Positions 1 to 14,659 of a stretch of 64,000 nt of DNA are shown here, one piece after another. The notes below the pieces were generated by a model. That model saw only the letters and a list, made by a program, of their open reading frames with translations. It did not search any database and was not told the DNA's origin. Position 1 is the first letter of the stretch. The number at the start of each line of letters is the position of its first letter. Source of the DNA: Eledone cirrhosa (Eukaryota); assembly GCA_964016885.1 (NCBI GenBank), contig CAXHJY010000988.1:1-64000 (forward strand). The letters are read 5' to 3'. A program made the translations under genes and the position numbers.

Positions 1-676
1 ATATTATAAATATATATATATACATATATATACATAATATATATACATATATAATACATATATATACATATTATATATATAATACATATATATACATATA
101 TATACATATATAATATACATAACATAACATATATACATAATATAATAACATACATAAATATATACTATACAATACATATATATATACATACATATATACA
201 TAATATATACATAACATATATATATACACATATATATATACATACATAATATACATATAAATACAATACATAATATATATATACATATATATACATACAT
301 ATATATATATACATATATATATACATATATATACATATACATACATATACATATATATACATATATATACATATATATATATACTATATACATATATAAT
401 ATATATATACATACATATATATATAATATACATACATATATATATATACATAAATATATATATACATACATATATAATATATACACATACATATATATAT
501 ATATACATACATATATATATATACATACATATATATATATATACATACATATATATAATATAATACATATACATATAATATACATACATATATAATATAC
601 ATATATATACATATACATATATACATATATACATATATATACATATATACATATATATATATATACATATATATAC

Positions 677-707
<31 letters not shown>

Positions 708-718
708 CATATATATAC

Positions 719-749
<31 letters not shown>

Positions 750-760
750 CATATATATAC

Positions 761-791
<31 letters not shown>

Positions 792-935
792 CATATAATA
801 CATACATATATATATACATATATACATATATATACATATATATACATACATATATATACATATATACATATATATACTATATATACATATATATACATAT
901 ACATATATATACATATACATATATACATATACATA

Positions 936-974
<39 letters not shown>

Positions 975-988
975 CATACATATACATA

Positions 989-1028
<40 letters not shown>

Positions 1029-1061
1029 CATACATATATATATACATACATATATATATAC

Positions 1062-1096
<35 letters not shown>

Positions 1097-1104
1097 CATA
1101 TATA
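1..1104. repeat. Degenerate (TA)n/(TATACA)n microsatellite
   Basis: Only A/T/C dinucleotide-derived motifs; the overlapping MYIY-type ORFs are repeat artefacts. Confidence 0.97.
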
Positions 1105-3966
1105 TAACTTCAAAAAACGTGACAATCACCTGATCACCTACAGATCAGGGGAACATACCAGCCAGGTAGATTATATCCTTACCAGAAGACGTGACAGAGT
1201 GTCTGTTGTAAACAGTAAATCCCTCCCCCATGAAGAATGCACCTCCCAACATAGACTGATAATTAGCGACCTAATAGTCCGGACTAGACATACTCGACAA
1301 CAGAAGAGGATTATCCTCAGGAGAAAAATATGGAAGCTAAAGGACCCCACAGCCAGAAATAAATTTAAAAGCATACTACTTGATGCTTTCGACAGTAAAG
1401 AAGAGCAATTAGAGTCGTACATTATAGAGGAACAGTGGGAATTCTTGAAAGTTAACCTGCTGAAGGTGACAGATAAAGTCTGTGGCTGGAGCAGACCTAT
1501 AGGAAGGAGGAGAGTAACTTGGTGGTGGAACATTAAGGTGGCGTGGTCAATTAAGGCCAAAAAGCAGGCTTGGAAAGTATGGCGGGATGTGGGAAGTAGA
1601 GAAGACTATCAAGTGGCCAGGAGGGAAGCTAGGAGGCAAGTGTACTTCGCAAGAAGGGAAGCAGAGGAAAGAAAGTTCAAGCATGTTCTACAACGCGAGG
1701 ACCAAAAACGTGAGGTGTTCAGGATTGCTAGGCAATGTGTCAAGGAAAACCGTGATATTGTCGGGGAGAAGTGTGTACTTAATGATGACGGCGTACTTGC
1801 CATCACCGACGCTGATAAGAAGGTAGCTTGGAAGTGTCACTATGAAAGGCTACTAAATGAGGAGAATAAATGGCAGAAAGACAGTCTCCCCCACATCGAC
1901 CCAATAGAGGGACCAGCAGTGTTAGTCGAGGGTAGTATAATAAGTAAGGCAATCAAGGATATGAAGAAGGGTAAGGTGGCTGGGCCTTCGGAAATAGTTG
2001 CTGAGATGCTGAAGGCATCTGGCACGGTGGGTCACACCATGGTCACCCGGATAGTTAACCAAGTCGTACAGAATGGGGTTGTTCCGAAGGACTGGCGTAG
2101 CAGCATCATCGTTAACTGTTATAAGGGTAAAGGAGATGCCCTAGATAGGAGTAACTGTAGAGGCATTAAATTAATCGACCAGGTCATGAAGGTCACGGAA
2201 AAAGTAATAGCGCAATTAATCAGAGAGAGAATTGACCTCGATGAAATGCAGTTCGGGTTTGTGTCAGGCAAAAGTACCACAGACGCTCTTTTCATTGTAC
2301 GACAACTACAGGAGCAATACCTAGCTAAAAGTAAACCCCTATACTTAGCTTTTGTCGACTTGGAGAAAGCCTTCGACAGAGTCCCCCGTTCCATTATCTG
2401 GTGGGCTCTTAGAAAACTTGGTGTTGACGAATGGCTTGTGAGAGCTAAACAAGCCATGTATAAAGAAACAGTCAGCAAGGTTAGAATTAACAACGAATAT
2501 AGTGAAGAGTTTAACGTAAAAGTTGGCACCCATCAGGGCTCTGTTCTCAGCCCCCTACTATTTATTATTGCCCTTCAGGCTATAACAGAGGAGTTCAAGA
2601 CCGGCTGCCCATGGGAACTCCTATACGCAGATGACCTAACACTCATAGCTGAATCAATGGCCGAGCTAGAGAAGAAATTCCAAACATGGAAGCACGGCCT
2701 AGAATCAAAACGCCTTAAAATTAACCTGGCTAAGACCAAAGTTCTAGTTTGTAGGAAAGAAAATAAGGCGGCGGTCCCTTCCGGGAAGTGGCCATGCTCA
2801 GTGTGTAGGAAAGGCGTAGGTAGAAACTCCATTTTATGTCCTAAATGCAAAGTATGGGTGCATAAAAGATGTAGTGGGATCACAGGTAAGCTAACTAAGA
2901 ACATAGATTTCACATGTGGCCGGTGCTCTGGTGCAATAAGTAGCAGCAAGTGCCCACGGAATACTAGCTCTTTCAACTGCGCAGAGGGCTCTATAGAAAT
3001 AGTGGACAGCTTCCGTTACCTGGGTGACAAAATCAGCAGTGGGGGAGGGTGCTCTGAAAGTACAGTAGCTAGAGTCAGAACTGGATGGAAAAAGTTCAGA
3101 GAGCTTATACCACTATTAGCCGCTAAAGGGTTCTCCCTAAAAATGAAAGGCAGGCTGTATGATGCCTGCATACGAACAGCAATGTTGCATGGCAGTGAGA
3201 CCTGGGCATTGTGTGCAGAGGATATACGCAGACTAGAGAGGAACGAAGCTTGCATGCTCCGCTGGATGTGTAATAGTAATATACGTGAACGGCAAAGCAT
3301 AAACGAACTAAGGAAAAAATTAGAAATAAGAGGGATCAGATGTTGTTTACTCGAGAGAAGGCTACGTTGGTATGGACACGTGATGCGCATGAATGACGAT
3401 AGCTGTATAACAAAGTGCAGGGCAATAAAGATAAACGGTAGCCACGGAATAGGCAGACCCAGAAAAACCTGGGACGAGCTGATAAATTCCGACCTCACAC
3501 ACTTACACCTCTCCAAGACAATGTCACTGGACCGAGACCTTTGGTGGTACTCAGTAACAGAGAAGACCCGCCTTACCTAAATACATAGTAAAACCTACTA
3601 CAGTCAGTAGGCATCTCTAACAAAATACACCCCCGTCCCACCAACCCCACCCCATCCACACCGCCCCTTTCTATGTAAAGTTATGTTGGTGCCACACCAT
3701 CCAGGCCGAAACAAATGAGATCGTGTAGGTGTCACGACAAAAAAAACACACAGTCCACGCTGTAATGTGGCCGTGTAGGCAACACGGTAAAAACCTCCCA
3801 GACCCACACTATAAATGTGGTTGGTGTTAGGAAGGGCATCCAACTGTAGAAAACCCGCCAGACAGTCCTATGCGAGCAAGACAATCACTCTTGCCTCAAG
3901 TGGAAAAACCCCCGTCCAAACCCATGCAAGCGTGGAACACTGACGTTAAATGTTGATGATGATGAT
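1105..3966 (+). mobile_element. RTE-clade LINE, subfamily 1, 5'-truncated inside the APE endonuclease
   Basis: Starts TAACTTCAAAAAA, matching the interior of the fuller copy at 52476-56330; has an RT ORF, a ~380-nt 3' UTR and a (GAT)n tail. Confidence 0.95.
1199..3580 (+). CDS. RTE LINE ORF (APE C-terminus, reverse transcriptase with inserted PHD-like finger, C-terminal domain); open but N-terminally truncated
   Basis: Motifs [53 protein letters not shown]. Confidence 0.9.
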   Translation: MSVVNSKSLPHEECTSQHRLIISDLIVRTRHTRQQKRIILRRKIWKLKDPTARNKFKSILLDAFDSKEEQLESYIIEEQWEFLKVNLLKVTDKVCGWSRPIGRRRVTWWWNIKVAWSIKAKKQAWKVWRDVGSREDYQVARREARRQVYFARREAEERKFKHVLQREDQKREVFRIARQCVKENRDIVGEKCVLNDDGVLAITDADKKVAWKCHYERLLNEENKWQKDSLPHIDPIEGPAVLVEGSIISKAIKDMKKGKVAGPSEIVAEMLKASGTVGHTMVTRIVNQVVQNGVVPKDWRSSIIVNCYKGKGDALDRSNCRGIKLIDQVMKVTEKVIAQLIRERIDLDEMQFGFVSGKSTTDALFIVRQLQEQYLAKSKPLYLAFVDLEKAFDRVPRSIIWWALRKLGVDEWLVRAKQAMYKETVSKVRINNEYSEEFNVKVGTHQGSVLSPLLFIIALQAITEEFKTGCPWELLYADDLTLIAESMAELEKKFQTWKHGLESKRLKINLAKTKVLVCRKENKAAVPSGKWPCSVCRKGVGRNSILCPKCKVWVHKRCSGITGKLTKNIDFTCGRCSGAISSSKCPRNTSSFNCAEGSIEIVDSFRYLGDKISSGGGCSESTVARVRTGWKKFRELIPLLAAKGFSLKMKGRLYDACIRTAMLHGSETWALCAEDIRRLERNEACMLRWMCNSNIRERQSINELRKKLEIRGIRCCLLERRLRWYGHVMRMNDDSCITKCRAIKINGSHGIGRPRKTWDELINSDLTHLHLSKTMSLDRDLWWYSVTEKTRLT

Positions 3967-4621
3967 ATATACATATATATATACATATATATATACATAT
4001 ATGTTATAAAACGTGGTAAATTTTCGCAACAAAAACAACCTGCTCTATAAAATTGGATTAAACAACATGCTGTAATAATCTAACCTAATACATCATGCTT
4101 CCAATACTGAATCATCGTGAATTATGTGAAAGACAATCTATATATTACATTTCCTGGATTGTGAAAATGGTGGTGTATACGAAAACCATAACATTATTTT
4201 GCTTCTCATTTTTAATATTTCTCTGCACACAAGCTTCTTTATAATACATAAAAAATACTTTACCAGTACAACCCCCATAATTACTCTTGTTTACCCGCTT
4301 AAAGTGCTTGTATTGCATATAACACCTTGCCACACATTAATCTTATTTATATAAGACACACGTGCATGCCCCACGTGTAACTATTGCATACACTAACTAC
4401 TTCAAACTATCCTCTTGCATTATCTTCATAAACTGCCGATGTTGTATTTTAACTTTAATTTTGTTTTAATTTTCTTTTAATATGATTTTAATTTTTGAAT
4501 GTAAATTGCCATGCTAAAATATTATAATGGATGTCACCCCACTGTGCATCGATATATACATATGTATCTGGATGTCTCTTGTGTTGGAAAGGAGGTCATG
4601 TATGTAAACAATCATTGAAAA

Positions 4622-4672
4622 ATTGCTCCGAAGACTCCAAACCTCGGTTTGGAAGAAACAATTGTAAGCGAA
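4622..4672 (+). ncRNA. Minimal type-I hammerhead ribozyme motif (U4C core variant)
   Basis: TTGCT-CCGAAGA-CTCCAAAC(CTCG)GTTTGGAA-GAAA-CAATTG-TA-AGCGA: stem I, stem II and palindromic stem III are present. Confidence 0.7.
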
Positions 4673-4916
4673 TAAATGGTTTGAACAGAACTTTGAATCA
4701 TGTAATTTCTATATAACTGCTCTGTAGAGCAACTGATGTTATTACATTGAGCTATTTATCTTACTGGTAATAAGGTAGTAATAAATTACTGTCTTTCACT
4801 GTTTAGGGTTTAAAATATATATAACTATAAATAGTTTTAGTGTATACATAACCATAAATAGTATCCTTAATACTATACATATATATATACATATATATAT
4901 ATATACATATATACAT

Positions 4917-4961
<45 letters not shown>

Positions 4962-5021
4962 TACATATATTCAATGATTATGCCAAGTACTCAACGGGTT
5001 AATAATTTTCTCGAGTTATTA

Positions 5022-5241
5022 ATATTAAAATATAAGTATTAATAAAATAGATGTTCTTTTGATCAATTACATTTTATTATACATATTTTGGATTACCTTG
5101 ATTAAATCTTAACCATTTAACATCTCAGGATATGTCATGTATCATTATATTTCGTCTGATGAGGACGTACTGTTGTACATCCGAAATATGTATAATAAAA
5201 TGTAATTGATCAAAAGAACATCTATTTTATTAATACTTATA

Positions 5242-5250
<9 letters not shown>
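5022..5250. mobile_element. Fold-back Penelope pLTR-like element with a hammerhead motif
   Basis: ~70-bp inverted arms (5022-5092 / 5180-5250); the loop-arm junction reads CTGATGA-GGACGTAC(TGTT)GTACATCC-GAAA-TATG-TA. Confidence 0.7.
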
Positions 5251-5311
<61 letters not shown>

Positions 5312-6014
5312 CTATATAGATATACATATCTATATAGATATACATATCTATATAGATATACATATCTATATAGATATACATATCTATATAGATATACATA
5401 TCTATATAGATATACATATCTATATAGATATACATATCTATATAGATATACATATCTATATAGATATACATATCTATATAGATATACATATCTATATAGA
5501 TATACATATTTATATAGATATACATATTTATATAGATATACATATTTATATAGATATACATATTTATATAGATATACATATTTATATAGATATACATATT
5601 TATATAGATATGTATATCTATATACATATACATATCTATGTATATATAGATATACATATCTATGTATATATAGATATACAAATCTATATATATATATATA
5701 TAAATACAAATCTATATATATATATATATAAATACAAATCTATATATATATATATATAAATATCTATATATATATATATATATAAATATCTATATATATA
5801 TATATATAAATATCTATATATATATATATATATAATATCTATATATATATATATAAATATCTATATATATATATATATAAATATCTATATATATATATAT
5901 ATAAATATCTATATATATATATATATAAATATCTATATATATATATATAAATATCTATATATATATATATAAATATCTATATATATATATATATAAATAT
6001 CTATATATATATAT

Positions 6015-6484
6015 TTCGTTTCTGAATTTGTTTAGCAAGATTCTTTATCTGAAATCGTGTGTTGAAACCGATATTGTTATACTTTGGGAGGGTCATGTTG
6101 CCAATAAGAAACACACGCACCAGTTGCTTTCACTTCAATTTAATTTATTAAATATTTATAAATTTACAAATTTATAAATTTCTGGTTGGTTGGTTGGTTC
6201 CACAACCAGATAGTTGTTTATATATATATAGTCATAGTTCTTTCGTCACACACTCTGTGACCTCTTCAGTGACTGGGGATTTCTTTCTTCGTTTCTGTGC
6301 CTTTCCTTTCTTCTATCCTACGCCATTTTGTTTGTACAAACAAATGGCGTAGGATAGAAGAAAGGAAAGGCACTGGTGCGTGTGTTTCTTATTGGCAACA
6401 TGACCCTCCCAAAGTATAACAATATCGGTTTCAACACACGATTTCAGATAAAGAATCTTGCTAAACAAATTCAGAAACGAAATA

Positions 6485-6485
<1 letters not shown>
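6015..6485. mobile_element. Hammerhead-bearing fold-back element, family A, copy 1
   Basis: Minus-strand monomer 6015-6330 plus an internally deleted plus-strand monomer, head to head; ~110-bp inverted ends; homologous to 32669-33122 and 41886-42220. Confidence 0.85.
6231..6273 (-). ncRNA. Type-I hammerhead ribozyme motif (family A)
   Basis: Reverse complement GTCA-CTGAAGA-G-GTCACA(GAGTG)TGTGAC-GAAA-GAAC-TA-TGAC. Confidence 0.75.
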
Positions 6486-6525
<40 letters not shown>

Positions 6526-6611
6526 ATCTATATATATATATATATAAATATCTATATATATATATATAAACATCTATATATATATATATATAAATATCTA
6601 TATATATATAT

Positions 6612-6674
<63 letters not shown>

Positions 6675-6911
6675 AATATCTATATATATATATATATAAA
6701 TATCTATATATATATATATATATAAATATCTATATATATATATATATATAAATATCTATATATATATCTATATATAAATATCTATATATATATATATATA
6801 TAAATATCTATATATATATCTATATATAAATATCTATATATATATATATATATAAATATCTATATATATATATATATATAAATATCTATATATATATATA
6901 TAAATATCTAT

Positions 6912-6942
<31 letters not shown>

Positions 6943-7734
6943 AATATATATATATATAGATATTTATATATATATAAATATCTATATATATAAATATATA
7001 TATATATATAAATATCTATATATATATAAATATCTATATATATATAAATATCTATATATATATAAATATCTATATATATATATATATAAATATCTATATA
7101 TATAAATAAATATCTATATATAAATATCTATATATATATATATAAATATATCTATATATATATATATAAATATATCTATATATATATATATAAATATATC
7201 TATATATATATATATAAATATATCTATATATATATATAAATATATCTATATCTATATATAAATATCTATATCTATATATAAATATCTATATATATATATA
7301 TAAATATCTATATATATATATATAAATATCTATATATATATATATAAATATCTATATATATATATATAAATATCTATATATATATATATAAATATCTATA
7401 TATATATATAAATATCTATATATAAATATCTATATATAAATATCTATATATATATATAAATATCTATATCTATATATAAATATCTATATCTATATATAAA
7501 TATCTATATCTATATATAAATATCTATATCTATATATAAATATCTATATCTATATATAAATATCTATATCTATATAGATATTTATATATATATATAGATA
7601 TCTATATATATATATAGATATGTATATCTATATATAGATATGTATATCTATATATATATAGATATGTATATCTATATCTATATAGATATACATATCTCTC
7701 TATATATAGAGATATACATATAGATATAAATATA

Positions 7735-7935
7735 TATAGAAGAGCTTCTACAGGACTAGAACTGTTTCATTCATGAGAAATCATCAGGAAGATCAGGAGC
7801 TTCCTGATGATTTCTCACGAATGAAACAGCTCTAGTCCTGTAGAAGCTCTTCTATATTAAAACTGTTATACTATGCTATGTATTGAGTACCTTACTTACT
7901 GTGGTTACCTCCGATTGAACCCGGTATAACTTATG
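7735..7935 (+). mobile_element. Fold-back pLTR-like element with a hammerhead motif (family C)
   Basis: Inverted arms 7735-7791 / 7800-7856; CAGGAGCTTC-CTGATGA-TTTCTCACGAAT-GAAA-CAGC-TC-TAGTCCTG; relatives at 17581-17700 and 25860-25998. Confidence 0.7.
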
Positions 7936-7953
7936 ATATATATATAGATATAT

Positions 7954-8296
7954 GGAGGCACATGGCTCAGTGGTTAGAGCATTGGCCTTGCAATTGAAAG
8001 GTTGTGAGTTCAATTCCCAGACCGGGTGATGTGTTGTTTCCTTGAGCAAGACACTTTATTTCACATTGCTCCAGTTTACTCAGCTGTAGAAATGAGATGA
8101 TAGGGACTGGGGTCCCTATCATTCCACTGCAAAGTGGTCGTGGAGGTGCCACGGCAAAAAAGCACCCAGCACTCACTGTCAATGAGGTTGGTGTTAGGAA
8201 GGGCATCCAGCTGTAGAACTGAAGCCAGAATCAGTTTCCGTCCCACCCTTGCAAGCAGGGAAAACCGGACGTAAAATGAAATGATGATGATGATGA
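7954..8296 (+). mobile_element. tRNA-derived CORE-type SINE with RTE-derived tail
   Basis: A box TGGCTCAGTGG, B box GAGTTCAATTCC, CORE-like CCTTGAGCAAGACACTT...CAGCTGTAGAAATG, RTE 3' end and (GAT)n. Confidence 0.9.
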
Positions 8297-8334
8297 AATG
8301 ATATAAATAGAGAGAGATTAAATAAAGATAGCGT

Positions 8335-8605
8335 AGATATACAATACAACAGGAGGAACATAATAGCACCACTGACGATGTTGCAGATGTGCAACGAAAG
8401 AACTTTGTTAGACTATATATATGTGTTAGTATCTATTTTATATCTGTATTTTTTACCGCTGGTCAGTCAATGGTAAACATTGAGGACCGAATAAATTAAC
8501 TGATATAAAAGATACAGAAGCGAAAACCAACCAAATAGTGAGTGTGTTCTATTATTAATTCTGGCAATATTATTACAATATGACCCTCCCCAAGTATAAC
8601 AACAT
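8335..8605 (+). mobile_element. Solo pLTR related to the Penelope at 15978-17577, with a hammerhead motif
   Basis: CTGACGA-TGTTGCA(GATG)TGCAAC-GAAA-GAAC-TT at ~8372-8406; 8510-8600 is homologous to the reverse complement of 15980-16075. Confidence 0.7.
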
Positions 8606-8840
8606 ATATAGATATACATATAGATATATATTATTCAAAATGTTAATAAATGAAAAATATTCTCATAATCAAAATAAAATATATATTTTATTATACATAT
8701 TTCAAAGGTACAATGGTGTTTAAGTACGTTTTCATAATTTGTAAAATTGTATTCGTTGATTAATCAACGAACCCTATTAATCTTTGGTTTGAGAGAGAGA
8801 GAGATCAATGATAGGAAACTATATTTATAAAACCATATTT

Positions 8841-8899
8841 ATTCTATTATATATATTTCAAGGGTACCAAAACTTTGGTACGATATCATCAGATAAAAT
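8841..8899 (-). ncRNA. Type-I hammerhead ribozyme motif
   Basis: Reverse complement ATTTTAT-CTGATGA-TATCGTACCAAA(GT)TTTGGTACCCTT-GAAA-TATATA-TA-ATAGAAT. Confidence 0.7.
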
Positions 8900-9118
8900 A
8901 CAAAGGGTGTTTTATAAATATTGACATATCCAGGAATGATACCTTAACGGTTCAAGTTTCCATTTATTAATATCATTGATATTATACTCCAGAAAACTGT
9001 CGAGTGCTTCGAATCTGTTGTGAATATATTTGTTGAATTACCAACAAATTAAATATCCCTTTGCTTATATATATATATATGTGTGTATATATGTGTGCGT
9101 GTGGTGTGGTGTGTATAG

Positions 9119-9513
9119 TGAAGGCACATGGCTTAGTGGTTAGAGCATTGGGCTTGCAATCGAAAGGTTGTGAGTTCAATTCTCAGACCGGGTGATGTGT
9201 TGTTTCCTTGAGCAAGACACTTTATTTCACATTGCTCCAGTTTACTCAGCTGTAGAAATGGGCCACTGCAAAGTGGTCGTGGAGATGCCACGGCAAAAGA
9301 GCACCCAGCCCTCACTGTAAAGTGGACGTGTAGGCGCCACGGCAAAACAGCACCCGGACCACACTGTAAAATGGACGTGGAGGTGCCACAGTAAAAAAGC
9401 ACCCAGCACTCACTGTAAATGAGGTTGGTGTTAGGAAAGCTGTAGAAATCAAGCCAGAATCAGTTCCCATTCCACCCTTGCAAGCAGGGAAAAGCGGACG
9501 TAAAATGATGATG
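9119..9513 (+). mobile_element. CORE-type SINE with a triplicated internal ~43-bp module
   Basis: Same head, core and tail as 7954-8296. Confidence 0.9.
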
Positions 9514-9527
9514 TATGCGTGTGTCTG

Positions 9528-9576
<49 letters not shown>

Positions 9577-10914
9577 CTATATATATGTGTGTATGTATGT
9601 ATGTATGTATGTATATAACGAGGTTGAGGGTGTGCGAGTGAGAGCGAAAGTGATGTGCGTATAAATTGATATAAGCAACGAAGAGCCGTCTCACGTGAGC
9701 CAGTGAATTACGTAAACCGTGAATGAGTTATTTTATAAATGATGGTAGTTTACTGGTCAATACGTGATTGAATTAATGATGACACTAAGGTTGACACTCA
9801 TTAAATGCTATATTTGTCAACATTTATTAGATGAAGCTTTTTTTTTCTATGTGAGGTAACAAGAACTGTAGGTCTCGGTAATTCTCAATCAACAAGTTAT
9901 ATAAACAACGAAACGATATGATATGATAATTTATTTGTAAATATTTGATTGTATCTTGTGTAATTTAGCAGATATGTGAATATACTCGTTTCCACTGTAC
10001 GTATGCAGTCGTAGAAATATATATATTTAAATATATGTAAATGCTTTAAGAAATAACAACAATAATAATAAAGTTTAAGCGGAAGATCCAAAGCATTGAT
10101 TATTCTAGGTGAAAATCGATAGAATACAGCCGGTATAAATTGCTTTTGTGTTCGATATCTTTCACAATATTTTGATATTTCCCAATCAAGTAGCTGATTT
10201 AATTCACTAATATAAAAATTATCGTTCATATGGTTAGGTGATAAAAACAAAAGAACTTTCGAGAAATTGTACGTGTGAAATGTGTAAGTATGTGTGTGTA
10301 TACAATTGGTGTAGGCATGTGCTTGCAGCTGGTGACATGTGTGCAGCGTTGTACATGTTAATTTATGTTGGTAGAGTTAAGTCTGGCGGCAACAATTTTG
10401 CACATGTGCACTAGGAAAATATAAAGTTGGAAACAGTATGGGACGGTAAGCGGCAGCAGAAGGAAAAGCTTAAAAAGAACGAAATGGAGAGATTTAATAA
10501 CTAGTAGTCGAGCATTAGTACGAAGTGAGAATAACAAAACAAGAAATAGTGTGGGAGGAGGGGAAGACAAATAAACAAGTTAACTACTTTAAGAAACAAT
10601 AAGACTACAAGAATTGTATCTCGGCTAATTATACCTTATTAATTTAGTTATATGTACGTGCGGTCTCAATTATTTGTTAACCTTATAATATACGAATGAA
10701 ACAAAAAATAAACCAAGTTATACATAATTTAAATATAATATTGATTATATGAGAATCAATTGGGTAGAGAAAGAGAAAGTATGAATTAAATATGGAAGGA
10801 AAAGTAAATTTTGTTTATGAATGTTATAATGTAATAAAGATTGAAGGTGGGGTGCTCTAACGCTGAGCAATCTCCCCAAGAAACAAACGTAATATTTATA
10901 GAATTTATTTTGAA

Positions 10915-11015
10915 ATAATTGTTTCTAATTTAGGCACAAGGCCAGCAAATACCCAGTGCATTACTGGTACTTTATTTTATCGACCTCGTAAGGATGAAAG
11001 GTAAAGTCAACCTCG
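10915..11015 (-). mobile_element. Nin/Deu-domain SINE fragment
   Basis: Reverse complement of GTTGACTTTACCTTTCATCCTTACGAGGTCGATAAAATAAAGTACCAG. Confidence 0.75.
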
Positions 11016-11304
11016 ACAATGACATTAAAAGTCCAATATCCTGAGCTGTGAAGACTGATTTACATAATTAGAGCAGTATGTTTAGGTATGCCTGTTAAAT
11101 AGTCACAATATTTCACAGCAACATGCATGTAACCAGGTACGTGTATCTGCTAATTACTATCATCTCAAGAGACACAATTTATCACCATTTCTTCAGCTAA
11201 CACATACAACAGTTATTTTCTTTCGACGAAATTACTTGACCGTAGCCTTTTTCAAGAAATGCTTCAATTATTTTACTATAATGCGTGTGTGTCTATAATG
11301 CGTG

Positions 11305-11428
11305 TTGCGTTCTGAGTTCAAATAGCCCCGAGGTCAACTTTGCCTTTCGTCCTTCAACGATGGATAAATTCTGGGGTTAATTTAATCCACTAATCCCTCG
11401 CCCAAAATGTCTGTTAGAAGAAATTATA
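11305..11428 (+). mobile_element. Nin/Deu-domain SINE fragment
   Basis: CTGAGTTCAAAT...GAGGTCAACTTTGCCTTTCGTCCTT. Confidence 0.65.
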
Positions 11429-13529
11429 CATATTAAAATGTTTAATTACTTGTACCCAGTCTGCCTTCAATTAGAAATAGCTGAATCTCCCCTGAATTAT
11501 ATCCTACTGTCTTAAAATAGTCGGAACACATTGGATAAAGTCCTTGATATGATGTCGGAAAAACAACAATCAAAATGATGAATTTGATTTGTTCGATCTA
11601 AGCTGAACTGGGATTAACAACAGCATCCTAATATTGAAATGCAGAAGTTGCTAGGAACATTACGGATGTGATGAGACAGGCAGTTTATTTTTCACACATC
11701 GAGTACAAAGAATAAACCTAGTGACACGTACTAACAACAATGTGTTGATAAATCACACACACAAACACACGAGACAATAAGTGCGATCGATTTAAAACAC
11801 AAGAGATAAAGAACAGTCAAGCAAAAGATAAGATGACAGGCAAGGAGCAGAGAGATTCTATTTTGCTGAAGGTTTCATAATAACCATGTGCTGTTTATAT
11901 GTGGTTGTTTACCATAACGGTCTCCATGTAGCCATTTCCTCGCGGTAGGATTATATGACAAAATATCCCCAAAGCTAATACAGTCGTATACCAATGTAGC
12001 TGTCTCGTCCAATTTCATTTTAAATAATAATTAATTACTGCATCATTTTTTTAAAACAAATCTTATACAAGAAAATAGATAAACAAGTAAGGATTTATAA
12101 TATTGAAAAACTCAAGTTTCCAGTGAGGGAAAAGAAACAGAAGTTTCTGTTAGTGATTCCGGATAAGAGTTCATTAATTTATTTATGATTCATATTTTTC
12201 GATATGTTAAATGTGTTTCCGTATATTTGTGACATTATCCTTAACGATAAAGAAACTGATATCTTGAGACAGATTTCTAGAGATGTGGTGAGTTTAAGGA
12301 AATTATATGGCAAGTAAATTATCTCTGTCAACAATCAAAGGGCGACTTACGTAAAAACTCCTAAGAAACGAGAAGAAGAAAATAAATAGATGCTCGCTTC
12401 TTATCAGTCGAATGTATTTCAAGCTAGTCTGCATTGAAAAAGTAGGCAAATATATCTTATATACATCACAAATCATATACACATACATATATATATATAT
12501 ATAATTTGTGATGTATATAAAATAAATTATATTGCCCATGGAGTGCGCTGAGATACAACCGGTACTGGCATTGATAATATGATGGGTCCGCCAACCCTTA
12601 TTATTATATATACATATATATATAGATATATAGATATACATATATGTGTGTATATATTTTATATACATCACAAATCATATACATATATATGTATATATAT
12701 TTGCGACGTGTATATAACAGACGTATGTATAGGAGATGAGGATTATCGCTTGAAATATTATAAATGAAAAAAAAATAGCCTACCTATTATTGGCAAGCCT
12801 CGCCACAGACCAGTTTAAATATACAATAGCTGTATTATATATTATTTACAGGAAATGTTGATATACAGTCCCGTTACACAAAGACATGAAAATAAAATAT
12901 AAACACATTCTTACACACGCGCGGCCTATACAATATAGAGATATATATAAATAAATAGCTAGATATGACAAAACTGATATTAAAAAATGTATAGTATTTG
13001 TGTTTAGTGTTTGCGTATAGAAAAATTAATGAATGTCATTTAATTTACAGTGATAATTTAGAGAGAAGGATTATATGTGCATAAATAAATGTGCTTCACA
13101 CATATACACGGGCACTCTATACACATGTATGTAGATTGGTCGTTAATGATAAAGGTAGCCAGAATTGTGGCTGTTTTGTTACCTGTTTTGGTATCTTTGT
13201 TGTCTTGACAGGGGAAGACCACATCAGTTGTATAAATATTAATCGACGAGAAAGAAAAACACAAGTACTCTCTGCTATATCTCCACGTTTACTGGTGAAT
13301 ATAATAGTGTTGGTGTTGGCGGTAGTAGTGATTGTGTTGGCGGTAGTAGTGGTAGTGGTGGAAGCACTCCATGTTGTTGTAGACGTAATTGCTGTTGTTG
13401 TTTATTTTTGTAACAATTAAAAATTATATAAATCTTCTAATTAGTTTACTGACGACATTTAACAAACAGAATAATATTTAATATTTTTTTTTCTGCTTAA
13501 TAAATATAAAATATATATTAAAAAATAAA

Positions 13530-14165
<636 letters not shown>

Positions 14166-14287
14166 TATAATTATTTGTACCAGTAATGCACTGGGTACTT
14201 GCTGGCCTTGTGCCCAAAGTAGAAACAATTATTATATATTTATTTAAATATATATGTGTGTGTGTGTGTGTGTTTATTTATATATAT

Positions 14288-14510
14288 AACGTAAGGTCGT
14301 GAGTTCGATTCCCGGCGACGCGTTGCGTCCTTAAGCAAGATACTTTGTTTCACGTTGCTCCAGCCAGTACACTTAACTGGCAAAAATGAGTTGTACCTTC
14401 TGTGTCGCGCTGAATCTCCCTGAGAGTTACATCAAGAGTACGCGTGTGTCTGGGGAATGCTCAGTCACTTGCACGTTAATTTCACTGAAGGAAGGCTGTC
14501 CGTTGATGTT
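14288..14510 (+). mobile_element. Second CORE-type SINE family, 5'-truncated
   Basis: B box GAGTTCGATTCC followed by GTCCTTAAGCAAGATACTTTGTTTCACGTTGCTCCAG. Confidence 0.7.
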
Positions 14511-14616
14511 AACACACACATACATATGTGTGTGTGTGTGAGTATGTATATATATACACACATGTATATATGTGTGTGTGTGTGAGTATATATATACACA
14601 TATATATATATGTATG

Positions 14617-14659
<43 letters not shown>

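Larger units (their letters stand above)
5250..7735. repeat. (TA)n-derived microsatellites, including an 18-bp ATATCTATATAGATATAC array (~5307-5660) and AAATATCTATATAT units, interrupted by the element at 6015-6485
   Basis: Direct reading of periodic units. Confidence 0.95.

Noticed and set aside
4-1129. MYIY-type ORFs (also at 5244, 13547, 30793, 62515 and 63086)
   Set aside because: Translations of AT microsatellites.
2119-3516. Antisense ORFs over RTE/CR1 coding regions (also at 19475, 53145 and 61478)
   Set aside because: Shadow ORFs of LINE coding sequence.
7954-8030. tRNA genes at SINE heads
   Set aside because: A and B boxes continue directly into CORE/Nin domains and LINE tails; these are SINEs, not tRNAs.
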